Assembly (NCBI GenBank): GCA_017857855.1
Contig: JAFMCI010000001.1
Span: 33,982 to 97,981 of the forward strand
Reading direction: 5' to 3'
Source of the DNA: Bacteroidia bacterium
GTDB taxonomy: Bacteria > Bacteroidota > Bacteroidia > NS11-12g > UBA9320
DNA length: 64,000 nucleotides
Shown here piece after piece: positions 47,700 through 57,892 of this stretch (position 1 is the first letter of the stretch; the number at the start of each line of letters is the position of its first letter). The notes under the pieces were generated by a model, which saw only the letters and a list, made by a program, of their open reading frames with translations, made no database searches and was not told the DNA's origin. A program made the position numbers and the translations under genes.

Positions 47700-49550
47700 A
47701 TGGAGACAACTAAAATAATTCTAGCGGGTAATCCCAATTGCGGCAAGTCTTCTTTATTTAATCAGCTTACCGGACTAAAGCAAAAGATTACCAATGTTCC
47801 TGGCACTACAATCGAAAATAAAGTAGGCCGACTGAAGGTAGGTAACGTCAACATTGAGTTGATAGATACTCCGGGTACCTATAGCTTTAATCCGAAGAGT
47901 TTAGATGAAAAAGAAGCAGTCAAAGTATTCTTTGAAAAACCAGAACCGAGCACCATTCTATATATTGCGGATGCTGCTAATCTAAAACGAAACTTATTTT
48001 ATTTTAGTCAATTAGCGCAGCATAAAATCCCAATGATTTTAGTGCTTAATATGCTCGATATATCTGACTTTAAAGGATTTGAAATAAATGTAGATCGACT
48101 GGAAAAAGAATTAGGTGTACGGGTTTTTAAAATAAATGCACGTACTGGAGTTGGGGTAGATCTGTTAAAAAAAGCATTGGGTGAAGATCAGTTTGTTCCT
48201 CATTATCAGTTTGGATCAGCAGATGATCATACCCATGAAACTCATTTTGAATCAATTACGAAATTACTAAATAAGACGACTACCCTAAAATCTAAACGAG
48301 AACTTATCTCTAACAAGATTGATGCTTGGGCTACACATCCAATTTTAGGTTACTTAATGTTTTTGTCTGTACTCTTGGTTATTTTTCAGAGTGTTTTTAC
48401 GTTAGCCTCTTACCCTATGGATTGGATAGAAGGCGGCTTTTCAATGCTCAGTGAGTTTTTGTCTAACACCCTTCCTGACGGTTGGCTCAAACGATTGTTG
48501 GTAAACGGACTTATAGCTGGTATAGCTGGTATTGTGGTTTTTGTACCTCAAATCGCCATACTTTTTTTCTTTATGGGATTATTAGAGGATACTGGATATA
48601 TGGCACGGGTTAGTTTTATTATGGATAAGATGTTACGCGGGCTAGGCTTAAGTGGTAAGTCTATTGTGCCTTTGCTTAGCGGTGCAGCTTGCGCTATACC
48701 TGCCATTATGAGTACAAGAAATATTGAAAATTGGAAAGATCGTTTGATTACCATAATGGTAACGCCGCTTATGAGCTGTTCAGCAAGATTGCCTGTGTAT
48801 ACCTTGCTTATTTCCATGGCGATACCAAGCACACTTATTCTAGGATTTATAAACTTACAAGCGTTGGTAATGTTAGCCATGTATGTGTTGGGTACGGTGG
48901 CAGCACTAATTGCAGCGGTGGTGTTTAAATGGATAATTAAACATGACATACCCTCATACTTCATTATGGAGTTGCCGGTTTATCATGTGCCTAGGTGGAA
49001 AAATATATGGCAAACCTGCTGGCAAAAGTCCTTGAGTTTTATTACGGAGGCGGGAAAAGTCATCTTACTCGTGTCAATAGTATTATGGTTTTTAGCAAGT
49101 TACGGTCCCGATGGCGAAAGTGGTTTTAGCGTAAAAGAATCGGTAAATCTAGAAGAAAGCTATGCTGGTCATTTTGGAAAAGGGATAGAGCCGGCCATTA
49201 GACCTTTGGGTTTTAACTGGAAAATAGGAATATCTCTTATAACCTCTTTTGCTGCCCGAGAAGTATTTGTAGGGACTATGAGTACTATTTATAGCATTGG
49301 TGATGAGGACAATTTCGATCAATTGCGCGATAAAATGAATAAGGATACACTGCCTAATGGAGAGCCTGTTTATAGCATTGCGGTTGTACTTTCTTTAATG
49401 GTATTTTATGCTTTTGCAATGCAATGCATGAGTACCCTTGCGGTAGTTTATAGGGAGACAAAATCCTGGAAGTGGCCTGCAATTCAGTTTGTATATATGA
49501 CAGCCTTGGCCTACTTAGGGAGCTGGGTAGTTTTTAATCTGTTTAGGTAA
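47700..49550 (+). CDS. feoB: Ferrous iron transport protein B
   Basis: N-terminal G-domain (GNPNCGKSSLFN, DTPG) and polytopic gate/nucleoside-recognition membrane domains; 616 aa. Confidence 0.85.
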   Translation: METTKIILAGNPNCGKSSLFNQLTGLKQKITNVPGTTIENKVGRLKVGNVNIELIDTPGTYSFNPKSLDEKEAVKVFFEKPEPSTILYIADAANLKRNLFYFSQLAQHKIPMILVLNMLDISDFKGFEINVDRLEKELGVRVFKINARTGVGVDLLKKALGEDQFVPHYQFGSADDHTHETHFESITKLLNKTTTLKSKRELISNKIDAWATHPILGYLMFLSVLLVIFQSVFTLASYPMDWIEGGFSMLSEFLSNTLPDGWLKRLLVNGLIAGIAGIVVFVPQIAILFFFMGLLEDTGYMARVSFIMDKMLRGLGLSGKSIVPLLSGAACAIPAIMSTRNIENWKDRLITIMVTPLMSCSARLPVYTLLISMAIPSTLILGFINLQALVMLAMYVLGTVAALIAAVVFKWIIKHDIPSYFIMELPVYHVPRWKNIWQTCWQKSLSFITEAGKVILLVSIVLWFLASYGPDGESGFSVKESVNLEESYAGHFGKGIEPAIRPLGFNWKIGISLITSFAAREVFVGTMSTIYSIGDEDNFDQLRDKMNKDTLPNGEPVYSIAVVLSLMVFYAFAMQCMSTLAVVYRETKSWKWPAIQFVYMTALAYLGSWVVFNLFR

Positions 49551-52500
49551 TAATTGGTATAATCAGTTTTACTGATGTTCCTGTTGTCCCGTCTAGGTTA
49601 TGAATATCGTCGATTACGACATTAAAGTCACCTTTCCCTTCGCTTAAAATTTTCAATCTCTTTTGGGTAAGTTCCATACCTTCAGAGGTGTGTTTACTGC
49701 TTCTTTTTGCATTCATTATGCTAGATGCCTCTCTTCCAATTCCATTATCTGTTATGATACACAATAAGTGGGTTTTTTCATGAGAGATAAGGATATCTAA
49801 TTTTCGATTATTATCTTTAGGCAGTAATCCATGTATGATACTGTTTTCAGCGAATGGTTGTATCAGCATAGTAGGGATGTTGGTTTGATCTAAGTCATCT
49901 ATATTTTCGGTTTTTATCGTGTAGTTAAGATTCCCATCCATACGCATTTGTTCCATTTCTAAGTAGAGGTTAAGACCTTCTAGTTCATCGGCTACTGATA
50001 TGTATTTTAACCTACTGTTTTGCAGTATTTTACGCATTAAACTAGCGAATGTACTTAAGTATTTATAAGCTTCTTTTGGCTCCTTTTTCAAGATATAGTA
50101 TTGAATGCTATTCAGCGAGTTAAAGATAAAATGTGGGTTCATTTGACTTCTTAGCGCTGTCAGTTCGGAATCTATCAGTTGTAGTTTGTAGGAGCGTTCT
50201 AAGGCTCGTGTACGATATCTGAAAAGAGTGTAAACAATACCTGTAACCATAAAAAGTCCAAGGATGATAAACCATCTTTTTTGCCAAAGCGGTGGTTCTA
50301 CTATGACTGTTAACTTTTCGGAGTAGGTTTCCCAGTTTTCAAATTCATCTTTGGCAAGAACCTGAAATGTGTATGTTCCAGGGCTTAATCCAGGATAAAT
50401 TGCAGTGTTTTGTAATCCTGCAGGTATCCATTCGGTGTCAAACCCTTCTAGCTTGTAATAATATCTAATACCAAGAGGATTAGCGTAGTTGAGCAACATG
50501 AAATCTATCTCTATCCTGCTGGATAAAAAACTCATTTCAACGCGCAAAGGACTTTTTTCTCTAAATGTTCCCCTTACATCGGTAAAATAAATAGCTCGAC
50601 TAGCAGTGTCAAAAGTGATATTCTGGGGTTTGAAGTAATTCAGTCCATTTACACCGCCAAAGAGTAGTTCTCCATTGTTCGTTTTTAAAAATGCCCCTTC
50701 ATTAAATTCCGTGCTTTGGAGGTAATGTTCCGGTTTAAAATTGATGAATGTTTTTTGATATAAATGATAGTTTACCAGTCCATTATTCGTAGATAACCAC
50801 ACAGAGCCATTCCCGTTGTAAATAATACCATATACTGCATTGTTTACCAACCCATTGGATTCAGAAATATGGTCAAATTTTAAAGTGCGAAGATTTAGAA
50901 TATTTAAACCTCCACCGTAGGTTCCAATAAGTAACGTGTCTTTACCAACCCAAGCTAATGCCATTAAGTTGTTATTATTTAAGCTATTAGTGTCTCCTAC
51001 TTGCGAGGTGTAAACTTTAAATTGTTTATTTTCAGGATTAAAAATTTGTAATCCTCCCCTGAAACTGGCCAGTATAAGGTTGCCGGTCTTGGTATCTTCT
51101 TCTATTTGATAAATGGAGTTGTTTCTGTGCTCTGGGTCTGCTTTGTATTCTGTAAATGAATGCCGAATACTATCTTTTAGCGCCAAGCCAGATTGAAGAG
51201 CAAACCAGAGTCGTCCTTTGCTATCTTCAAAGATATCCCTAACAGTATTAGAGGATAATTTGCCGTTTTCTTTGCAGGCTACCATTTTTGCCTTGCCTGT
51301 TTTTCGGTCAAATAAAAAAATTCCTTGTTTACCAGTGCCTATCCAAAAGTTACCCTTACTGTCTTCATAAATACATCGAACTGATGAAGACTCAAAAATG
51401 CCATCTATAAGTTTTGGATATACCGCTTCGATACGGTGGTTCTTGTCTAGCTTAATAAGTCCGGAGGATAGCGTGCCTAACCATATGGTATTTTTTTTAT
51501 CTTGATAGGTGTAGTAAACGTTGTTATTGTAGGTTTCCTCATCCAGCTCAAAATACTGAAGTAGTCCAAATTTCTTGAGTTGTGGTGCGTATTTACTTAC
51601 TCCAGCTATGGTTCCTATCCATAGAATATGGTCACTGTCTAGGTATAACTCACTTACGTTGTCATTTACCAATGAGAAGGGTCTAAGCGTATTGGTTCTG
51701 TACAACGAGAATAGACTATCTGTATAATTCAGTAAACCGCCTGATGTTCCTATCCAAGCGCTTTCTTTGTCTACCCTAATGGATGTAATGCTGCTTAAAT
51801 TTCTTTTTTTAGGTGGAAGGTTTAGTTTTTGAAGATTTTTATAGAATTTGGATACGGTATAAAGGCCGTTAGTAGTGCCTAGTAATATTTGATTTTTATA
51901 AGGTGAGAAGCATGTTAAATCTAATTTATTGTTTTCAAAAAGGACAGTACTAGAGGATAGATTTGTTTGAATAACTTTGGTATCTGTGAGTAAAAGTAAT
52001 TGCTTGTTATTCATGCCCATCTCCTTTACCTCATCGTTCTGCAGTGCCGTTATTTCTAATTTTTGCAATTTTCCTAGCTTGGTGTCTAATTGCCAAAGTC
52101 CAGCTCCATCGGTATCAATGATAATTCGATCTTGATAGACGATTAGCTGTTCAATGGCATTGTCAAAATTGGGATCAGCCGCTTTTAAATCGATATGTTT
52201 GAAGGTATAATTTACTTCGTCTAGTATATCAATTGTTCCAATGTTATTACCTATAAATAACTTGTTTTGATAGGAAAGGAGGCATGTTACATAACTATCA
52301 CTAAGTGAATTAGGATCGTTTTCTATATGTTTAAAAATCTTAAAATTTTGACCATCATATCTATGCAAGCCTTCGGCTGTACCCATCCATAAAAAGCCCT
52401 TAGAGTCTTTTTCAAAACCGGTAATACTTCCCATAGAAAGTCCTTCGTTTACCGTTAAATTTTGAAAGCGCAAGATGCCTTGCCCATCACTATAGATAGT

Positions 52501-52554
52501 TTGGCAAATAAGAGTAAATGCAAGTATAATATGTAATGTAAAAGGACTACGCAC
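49543..52554 (-). CDS. Sensor histidine kinase with periplasmic two-component-regulator beta-propeller repeats and a Y_Y_Y domain, one TM helix, and a LytS/YehU-type kinase core
   Basis: Signal peptide; repeated Reg_prop-like units (GLxxY...W.GT..GL); TM (WFIILGLFMVTGIVYTLF); NPHFIFNSLNSI His_kinase (PF06580-type) motif; HATPase_c C-terminus. Confidence 0.7.
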   Translation of the reverse strand: MRSPFTLHIILAFTLICQTIYSDGQGILRFQNLTVNEGLSMGSITGFEKDSKGFLWMGTAEGLHRYDGQNFKIFKHIENDPNSLSDSYVTCLLSYQNKLFIGNNIGTIDILDEVNYTFKHIDLKAADPNFDNAIEQLIVYQDRIIIDTDGAGLWQLDTKLGKLQKLEITALQNDEVKEMGMNNKQLLLLTDTKVIQTNLSSSTVLFENNKLDLTCFSPYKNQILLGTTNGLYTVSKFYKNLQKLNLPPKKRNLSSITSIRVDKESAWIGTSGGLLNYTDSLFSLYRTNTLRPFSLVNDNVSELYLDSDHILWIGTIAGVSKYAPQLKKFGLLQYFELDEETYNNNVYYTYQDKKNTIWLGTLSSGLIKLDKNHRIEAVYPKLIDGIFESSSVRCIYEDSKGNFWIGTGKQGIFLFDRKTGKAKMVACKENGKLSSNTVRDIFEDSKGRLWFALQSGLALKDSIRHSFTEYKADPEHRNNSIYQIEEDTKTGNLILASFRGGLQIFNPENKQFKVYTSQVGDTNSLNNNNLMALAWVGKDTLLIGTYGGGLNILNLRTLKFDHISESNGLVNNAVYGIIYNGNGSVWLSTNNGLVNYHLYQKTFINFKPEHYLQSTEFNEGAFLKTNNGELLFGGVNGLNYFKPQNITFDTASRAIYFTDVRGTFREKSPLRVEMSFLSSRIEIDFMLLNYANPLGIRYYYKLEGFDTEWIPAGLQNTAIYPGLSPGTYTFQVLAKDEFENWETYSEKLTVIVEPPLWQKRWFIILGLFMVTGIVYTLFRYRTRALERSYKLQLIDSELTALRSQMNPHFIFNSLNSIQYYILKKEPKEAYKYLSTFASLMRKILQNSRLKYISVADELEGLNLYLEMEQMRMDGNLNYTIKTENIDDLDQTNIPTMLIQPFAENSIIHGLLPKDNNRKLDILISHEKTHLLCIITDNGIGREASSIMNAKRSSKHTSEGMELTQKRLKILSEGKGDFNVVIDDIHNLDGTTGTSVKLIIPIIT

Positions 52555-53260
52555 CGCCTAAGGCAGATAAAAACAAGTCTTTACGTCTTTTAGAAACACC
52601 TACGCTATCCCCATTGGACATAACTGCATGACTGCCATCACCACGAATGTACGTTTTTATTTCAGCCAAGTTCAAGAGAAAGGATTTATGGCTTCTGAAA
52701 AAATTAAAATCTGTTAATTTATTTTCATATTCCTTTAGGTTCTTAGAAGTTGTGATTCGCTCGCCACTTTTTAAAAAAAAGTAGGTGTATGCACCGTCAC
52801 CTTTACAATAAATGATGTCTGCTGTTTTAATAAATTGCAATCCTTTATTGGTTGATAATGAAATTTGAGGTTTTAATTCAGATTTCCAATCCTTGGTATT
52901 CAAAGTACGCAGCCTAACACGCTCCACAGCATTTTGTAAATGTTCTATACATACAGGTTTTAGGAGGTAGTCTACAGCGTCAGATCTAAATGCTTTTACT
53001 GCATGTTCTTCATGTCCAGTGACGAATATTACATTTTGATTTTGATTTTTCAGAGAGTCCAAGACTTCAAAGCCATCTCCATTTGCCAGATGAATGTCTA
53101 AAAATATTAAGTCAGGATTGTGCTGGTCAATAGCATTAATGCCTGTTGTTACGCCATCAGCCATTCCCACTATTTCTACATTTTCTACAAATGATTGTAG
53201 CAATAGCTCCAAGTTCTCTCTACTTTTTCGTTCATCATCTATAATTACTGCACGCAACAT
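52547..53260 (-). CDS. LytR/AlgR-family response regulator (REC plus LytTR DNA-binding domain)
   Basis: Receiver domain (IIDDE...FLDIHL) and a C-terminal LytTR domain; 8-bp overlap with the sensor kinase gene. Confidence 0.8.
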   Translation of the reverse strand: MLRAVIIDDERKSRENLELLLQSFVENVEIVGMADGVTTGINAIDQHNPDLIFLDIHLANGDGFEVLDSLKNQNQNVIFVTGHEEHAVKAFRSDAVDYLLKPVCIEHLQNAVERVRLRTLNTKDWKSELKPQISLSTNKGLQFIKTADIIYCKGDGAYTYFFLKSGERITTSKNLKEYENKLTDFNFFRSHKSFLLNLAEIKTYIRGDGSHAVMSNGDSVGVSKRRKDLFLSALGGA

Positions 53261-53294
53261 GATTTTCTGTGGTTAAAAGGTTAAACAAATGGGT

Positions 53295-53876
53295 TTATTT
53301 TTTAATAAACTTTCGTGACTCAATGTGATCAGGGTATATCAATTGTATAAAATAGGTACCTGGGGTTAAAATGGAGACGTCTATGTTATCACTATACGAA
53401 GAAATGGTATGCTGTTTTCCGGTAAGGTCTATAATTGTTAACGATTTAGGAATGTTTGTGGTCTTTAGGTGTAATTCATTTACGGTCGGATTTGGGTAAA
53501 GTGTAAAATCTACAAGGTATTCGTTTTTTAGAGGAGTAAATCTGTCAGTAAGACTTGAGAGCATATTATCCAAAAGGGTTTCTGTAGAATTAGCAGATAT
53601 TTCAGCCGGCTTACTCCCTAATTCAACAGAAATAGTGCTTACTCCAGCATCGCCGTCGGAGCTATCCCAATCTTCAAAAACTAAGGTATCGTCTTGTTCC
53701 TGTAAGTCTATATCATCATTTACAAATTGGATGCTGTCGGACTTGCTGGTTTGATTTTTAACTGTCTTTCGTTTCTTATCTCTATCATCATCCCAGTCGG
53801 CAAGCAAACTTAATGAAGTAAGCACAGTTAAAAGTAGTGCATATACCAAACGATTGAAATGTAACGGACTGAACAT
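53295..53876 (-). CDS. Small T9SS C-terminal-domain protein with an acidic low-complexity region
   Basis: Signal peptide; D/E-rich segment (DWDDDRDKK...DWDSSDGDAG); C-terminal YPNPTVNELHLKT...GTYFIQLI T9SS CTD. Confidence 0.55.
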   Translation of the reverse strand: MFSPLHFNRLVYALLLTVLTSLSLLADWDDDRDKKRKTVKNQTSKSDSIQFVNDDIDLQEQDDTLVFEDWDSSDGDAGVSTISVELGSKPAEISANSTETLLDNMLSSLTDRFTPLKNEYLVDFTLYPNPTVNELHLKTTNIPKSLTIIDLTGKQHTISSYSDNIDVSILTPGTYFIQLIYPDHIESRKFIKK

Positions 53877-54033
53877 ATGGTAAAAATAACATAATTAAAC
53901 GGGTAATCAATTTTCGCAATTGAAGAGCGGCTATGCTCAGTTTATCAGCGGCTATTTTTTTAAATAAGGGCAGGTTTTTGCCATTAAAATTTAGGTCAAG
54001 GAATTAATCTAATTTAAGCTCAAATCACTTGTC

Positions 54034-54062
54034 AAAAAAAAAGGAGCCTTTCGACTCCTTTT
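54034..54062 (-). terminator. Rho-independent terminator for the TonB-family gene
   Basis: On the minus strand, aaggag-tcgaaagg-ctcctt hairpin followed by a T9 run, just 3' of the stop at 54134. Confidence 0.45.
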
Positions 54063-54133
54063 AAAACTACTTACGTTTATGAAAAAAACTAACTAACCAA
54101 ATATGTAAGAGGTATTGCTAACGGTGTGCCAAA

Positions 54134-54838
54134 CTAGTGGTATAGTTTTAATTTGACGGGTTGTATTAGTCTTACATTAGTTGGTTCTTGGCCATTTTTG
54201 CCAGGTGTCCAAAGAGGCATTGTAGCATATAAACGTTTGGCTTCTCGTTCAGCACCCATGTTAGGATGAGAGCATTTAATGACCTTTACGTCGGTCACTT
54301 GTCCATTATGAGTAACTATAAATTGCACCACTATCTCTACTTGGTTAGCAACATCATACAATCTCTCAGGTATTTCAAAATTATTAGCTATGTATTTATA
54401 GAGTTCTTTTTCGCCACCAGGAAATTGTGGCATAATTTGAGCCCATGTGTTTATATTATTGGCCATTGTATCTACCAAAGTCGGTAGACTAGGCAGACCA
54501 GTTTGTGCCAACATTGGGAGCGATGTATTGGATAAGGTTGTTCCTAAATTTTTAAAAATGTCGGCAACGGGAATTATATATGCCGTCGGGTCAAAGTAGA
54601 TTGCTTTAACAGTTTCGGGCTCTTTTTTGGATATCTCTTGGTTGATAGGTATGACTTCCGTCTCCAGATTATAGATGTACGCTGTATCGTTAAATATATT
54701 CGTGATTAGTGGTTGTGCTATAAACGTAGTCTTGTACTGAATTTCCATTACGTAGTTTACGAATAGAAGTGCTAGAATTATTCCGATTTCGAATAGAATG
54801 ACTCTGTCTGGTCTTTTAACATTGGTCTTGGCTCGCAT
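54134..54838 (-). CDS. Energy transducer TonB-family protein (TonB C-terminal domain)
   Basis: N-terminal TM anchor and a C-terminal TonB_C-like domain (PQFPGGEKELYKYIANNF...VIVQFIV...GQV.DVKVIK). Confidence 0.55.
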   Translation of the reverse strand: MRAKTNVKRPDRVILFEIGIILALLFVNYVMEIQYKTTFIAQPLITNIFNDTAYIYNLETEVIPINQEISKKEPETVKAIYFDPTAYIIPVADIFKNLGTTLSNTSLPMLAQTGLPSLPTLVDTMANNINTWAQIMPQFPGGEKELYKYIANNFEIPERLYDVANQVEIVVQFIVTHNGQVTDVKVIKCSHPNMGAEREAKRLYATMPLWTPGKNGQEPTNVRLIQPVKLKLYH

Positions 54839-54970
54839 ATTATTTACCTTTAGTGGTAAACTTTAAACGAACTCGTATATTTCTTTGATTATCTAGATTG
54901 AACCAATACTCAAAATGAATTGAGCAACGGGCATCATGTGAGATTAATGCTACTATATGAACGATACCTA

Positions 54971-55414
54971 TTACGGTTTCCTATATCGATCTTTTACAAT
55001 GGTAGGTATAGGTGTTGGTTTTCCTTCCTCGTCTATACGTACAAAAGTGGTGTTTGTAGTCACTACGACATCTTCTTCTCCAGTATACACACTTACTTTA
55101 CGTGCTTCTATTTTAAACGTTACAGAGGTGTTTCCCATACGTTCTACTTCTCCATAAATGCGTATCACAAAACCTTCCTTTACTTTCTTTGTAAAAACAA
55201 GCTCGTCTACTTTTACAGTAACCATATTAGGAGTGTGGCATACGCTAACTGCCATAGCGCTGGCAGCCTCATCAATCCAAGCCATCATAATACCGCCAAA
55301 AAGATTACCGTGAACACCTATGTCTTTCACCATACAGATGTGAGATGTGATTAATTGCATTGGTGCAAAGGTAGTAGTCGTAGTGTATTTATAAGCAAAC
55401 CAATTGAAACGCAC
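54971..55414 (-). CDS. Acyl-CoA thioesterase (hotdog fold, YciA-like)
   Basis: HGNLFGGIMMAWIDEAA hotdog active-site region; probable start at the internal Met (MQLITSH...). Confidence 0.65.
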   Translation of the reverse strand: MRFNWFAYKYTTTTTFAPMQLITSHICMVKDIGVHGNLFGGIMMAWIDEAASAMAVSVCHTPNMVTVKVDELVFTKKVKEGFVIRIYGEVERMGNTSVTFKIEARKVSVYTGEEDVVVTTNTTFVRIDEEGKPTPIPTIVKDRYRKP

Positions 55415-55436
55415 ATAAAAGAAGGCTTAATGTCCT

Positions 55437-56984
55437 TTAGGCGCCCCAATTGTCTCTGTCTAGACTTCTGTAATGAATAGCTTCGGCAAGGTGTTCCATT
55501 TCTATAGTTTCACTGTCTGCAAGGTCTGCTATAGTTCGGCTTACTTTAAGTATTCTATCGTATGCTCGTGCAGAAAGGTTTAGTTTGTTCATGGCATTTT
55601 TAAGTAGTAGCGACCCTTTATGGTCGATCTCGCAGAATTGCCTTATCAGATTACTCTCCATTTGTGCATTACTATATAGTGGTAACTCTTCAAAGCGTTT
55701 GTGTTGTAATTCGCGGGCGGTGATTACGCGTTGGCGTATGGTGTCGCTTTTTTCTTCGTTACCATTTTGTTGGCTTAATTCATCAAACTTAACTGGTGTT
55801 ACTTCTATATGGATGTCTATCCGGTCTAGTAGTGGTCCGCTTATCTTACTTAGGTATTTTTGAACTACACCTGGTGCGCACACGCAATCTTTTTCAGGGT
55901 GATTAAAATAACCACATGGGCATGGATTCATACTCGCTACGAGCATCATAGAACACGGATAGTCAACCGAAAATTTAGCCCTTGATATGGTTACTTTTCT
56001 ATCTTCTAACGGCTGACGAAGGACTTCTAAGACGGTTCGTTTAAATTCAGGCAACTCGTCTAGAAAAAGAACACCGTTGTGTGCCAAGCTTATCTCGCCA
56101 GGTTGTGGGTGATTACCGCCGCCTACCAAAGCTACATCGCTTATTGTATGATGCGGACTTCGAAACGGCCGTTGGGCCATAAGTGTAGCATTATTTCCTA
56201 ATCTGCCAGCCACAGAGTGTATCTTGGTAGTTTCAAGGGCTTCATGCAGGTTCATAGGTGGAAGAATGGTGTTTAGTCTTTTAGCCAACATCGTTTTACC
56301 GGCTCCTGGAGGACCTATAAGTATAATATTATGACCTCCTGCAGCAGCTATTTCCATTGCCCGCTTTATGTTTTCTTGTCCTTTAACATCGCTAAAATCA
56401 AAAACGAGTTTGGTTAATCCCTCTGCAAAATCATCTCTCGGATTTACAATGGTGCGTTCGAATTCTTTGCTGCCTTCTAATAAGTTTACAACGTCATTAA
56501 GGTTCTCCATTCCATACACTTCAAGGTCTTTAACGATAGCGGCTTCTCGGGCGTTTTCTATGGGTACAATCAGTTTTTTATAACCATCTTTATGTGCTTG
56601 AATGGCAATAGGCAGAGCACCTTTTATGGGCAAAATACTACCATCTAGACTCAATTCGCCCATGATTATAGTTTCTTCCAGCATGTCTGTTGTTATTAAT
56701 TCGCCTGAAGCCATCACGCCAATGGCGATAGTTAGATCGTAAGCAGAACCCTCTTTGCGAATATCAGCTGGTGCCATATTAATAACGACGCCTTTTCTGG
56801 GGTAGGTGAAGCCGCAATTTTTCATTGCGGCATTTACCCTGGGTTGACTTTCTTTTACTGCGTTATCGGGCAGTCCGATGATTTGTGTTTTTGCGCCTTG
56901 ACCCACATCTACTTCTACAGTAATGAGTTGGGCAGAGATTCCATATACGGCACTGCCGTAAGTCTTAGTAAGCATAGAAGGCAA
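55437..56984 (-). CDS. comM: YifB/ComM-family Mg-chelatase-like AAA+ ATPase
   Basis: N-terminal Lon-like domain, Walker A GPPGAGKT, Walker B LFLDE, C-terminal ChlI-like region; 515 aa. Confidence 0.85.
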   Translation of the reverse strand: MPSMLTKTYGSAVYGISAQLITVEVDVGQGAKTQIIGLPDNAVKESQPRVNAAMKNCGFTYPRKGVVINMAPADIRKEGSAYDLTIAIGVMASGELITTDMLEETIIMGELSLDGSILPIKGALPIAIQAHKDGYKKLIVPIENAREAAIVKDLEVYGMENLNDVVNLLEGSKEFERTIVNPRDDFAEGLTKLVFDFSDVKGQENIKRAMEIAAAGGHNIILIGPPGAGKTMLAKRLNTILPPMNLHEALETTKIHSVAGRLGNNATLMAQRPFRSPHHTISDVALVGGGNHPQPGEISLAHNGVLFLDELPEFKRTVLEVLRQPLEDRKVTISRAKFSVDYPCSMMLVASMNPCPCGYFNHPEKDCVCAPGVVQKYLSKISGPLLDRIDIHIEVTPVKFDELSQQNGNEEKSDTIRQRVITARELQHKRFEELPLYSNAQMESNLIRQFCEIDHKGSLLLKNAMNKLNLSARAYDRILKVSRTIADLADSETIEMEHLAEAIHYRSLDRDNWGA

Positions 56985-57010
56985 ATATACTCGCCTGCTT
57001 TATATTTTAA

Positions 57011-57820
57011 TTAATGTAAAATAACTTGCTCGCTTAGTGTACTGTTGGCATTCTTTAGTTTTACAAAGTAGACTCCTCGTGATAAATCACTAGTACTAAT
57101 TTGTTTGTTACTATTCACTGAATTGATATATTCGGTTTTCACTACTTTACCAAGCGCATTGATTATAGTTACTTCTGTGGTTTCTTGAGACGGTGTATTT
57201 AGTTTTATCTGAATATAGTCATTTGCTGGATTTGGAAAAATTTGAGCATTGACCATTTTTTGCTCTCTTATACCAATGGTTTTGTTACCCATGGTAAGAT
57301 TGTCAAAATATGAAACCGTTTCTTCTCCTCTGCTTCTAAAGTCTGGGAAAATGACAATTTGGTCATAAACCATTGTCATTTGACCTGAGAAATCAAAGCT
57401 TAGTTCTTCCCATTCATTAATTTTGGTATTAGCCACCTTTACCTCAGGAAGAGCGCCGTTGCTGCTCGTTACTAATTTTATTCCTACGTCGCTAATTACG
57501 GTTTTATATACCATTATGGTGATGGTAGATGTTGCAGCTGTTAATTGAAACGTACCTATATCACTTCCGTGTTTTGATTCGCATCCAACCCATGGCGCAC
57601 CAGAAACGCGCGCGGTTAATTTGGCTACTGTATTACTGGTATTAATACCAGTTTTAGATGGGTTTTCTACAATTTCTAATGGTGGATTGTCATTGTTTTC
57701 AAAGACAGTCCAGGTCCAATCAGCACCGTTTTCGTTGGGTTCAAATGTAATAGGAACCTTCTGTGCATAAATGGCAGTGAAACCTAATAAAGCGGCTAGA
57801 GTAAGTATGTTTTTTTTCAT
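57011..57820 (-). CDS. T9SS C-terminal-domain protein with a single beta-sandwich module related to the triplicated module of the adjacent gene
   Basis: Signal peptide; ITFEPNENGADWTWTVFEN...EWEELSFDFSG...SYFDNLTMG module; C-terminal FPNPANDYIQIKL...GVYFVKL T9SS CTD. Confidence 0.55.
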   Translation of the reverse strand: MKKNILTLAALLGFTAIYAQKVPITFEPNENGADWTWTVFENNDNPPLEIVENPSKTGINTSNTVAKLTARVSGAPWVGCESKHGSDIGTFQLTAATSTITIMVYKTVISDVGIKLVTSSNGALPEVKVANTKINEWEELSFDFSGQMTMVYDQIVIFPDFRSRGEETVSYFDNLTMGNKTIGIREQKMVNAQIFPNPANDYIQIKLNTPSQETTEVTIINALGKVVKTEYINSVNSNKQISTSDLSRGVYFVKLKNANSTLSEQVILH

Positions 57821-57833
57821 GGTATATTGTTTA

Positions 57834-57870
57834 ACAAAAAAAGGGGTTTCAGTTAACTGTAACCCCTTTT
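57834..57870 (-). terminator. Strong hairpin terminator after the triple-module T9SS gene
   Basis: aaggggtttcagtt/aactgtaacccctt 14-bp stem with one mismatch, flanked by A7 on one side and T4 on the other; reads as stem plus T7 on the minus strand. Confidence 0.55.
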
Positions 57871-57892
57871 GGTAAAATTTAAATAAAAGTGA

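Noticed and set aside
53877-54033. Direct repeat agcggctat, present twice, in the 257-bp intergenic region after the small T9SS gene
   Set aside because: Only two short copies exist and no spacer-repeat periodicity is seen. It is not a CRISPR array.
54920-55354. 144-aa + strand ORF, and the nested 54957..55157 ORF, opposite the thioesterase gene
   Set aside because: It is antisense to a conserved hotdog-fold thioesterase and has a Tyr/Phe/Cys-rich composition with no domain features.
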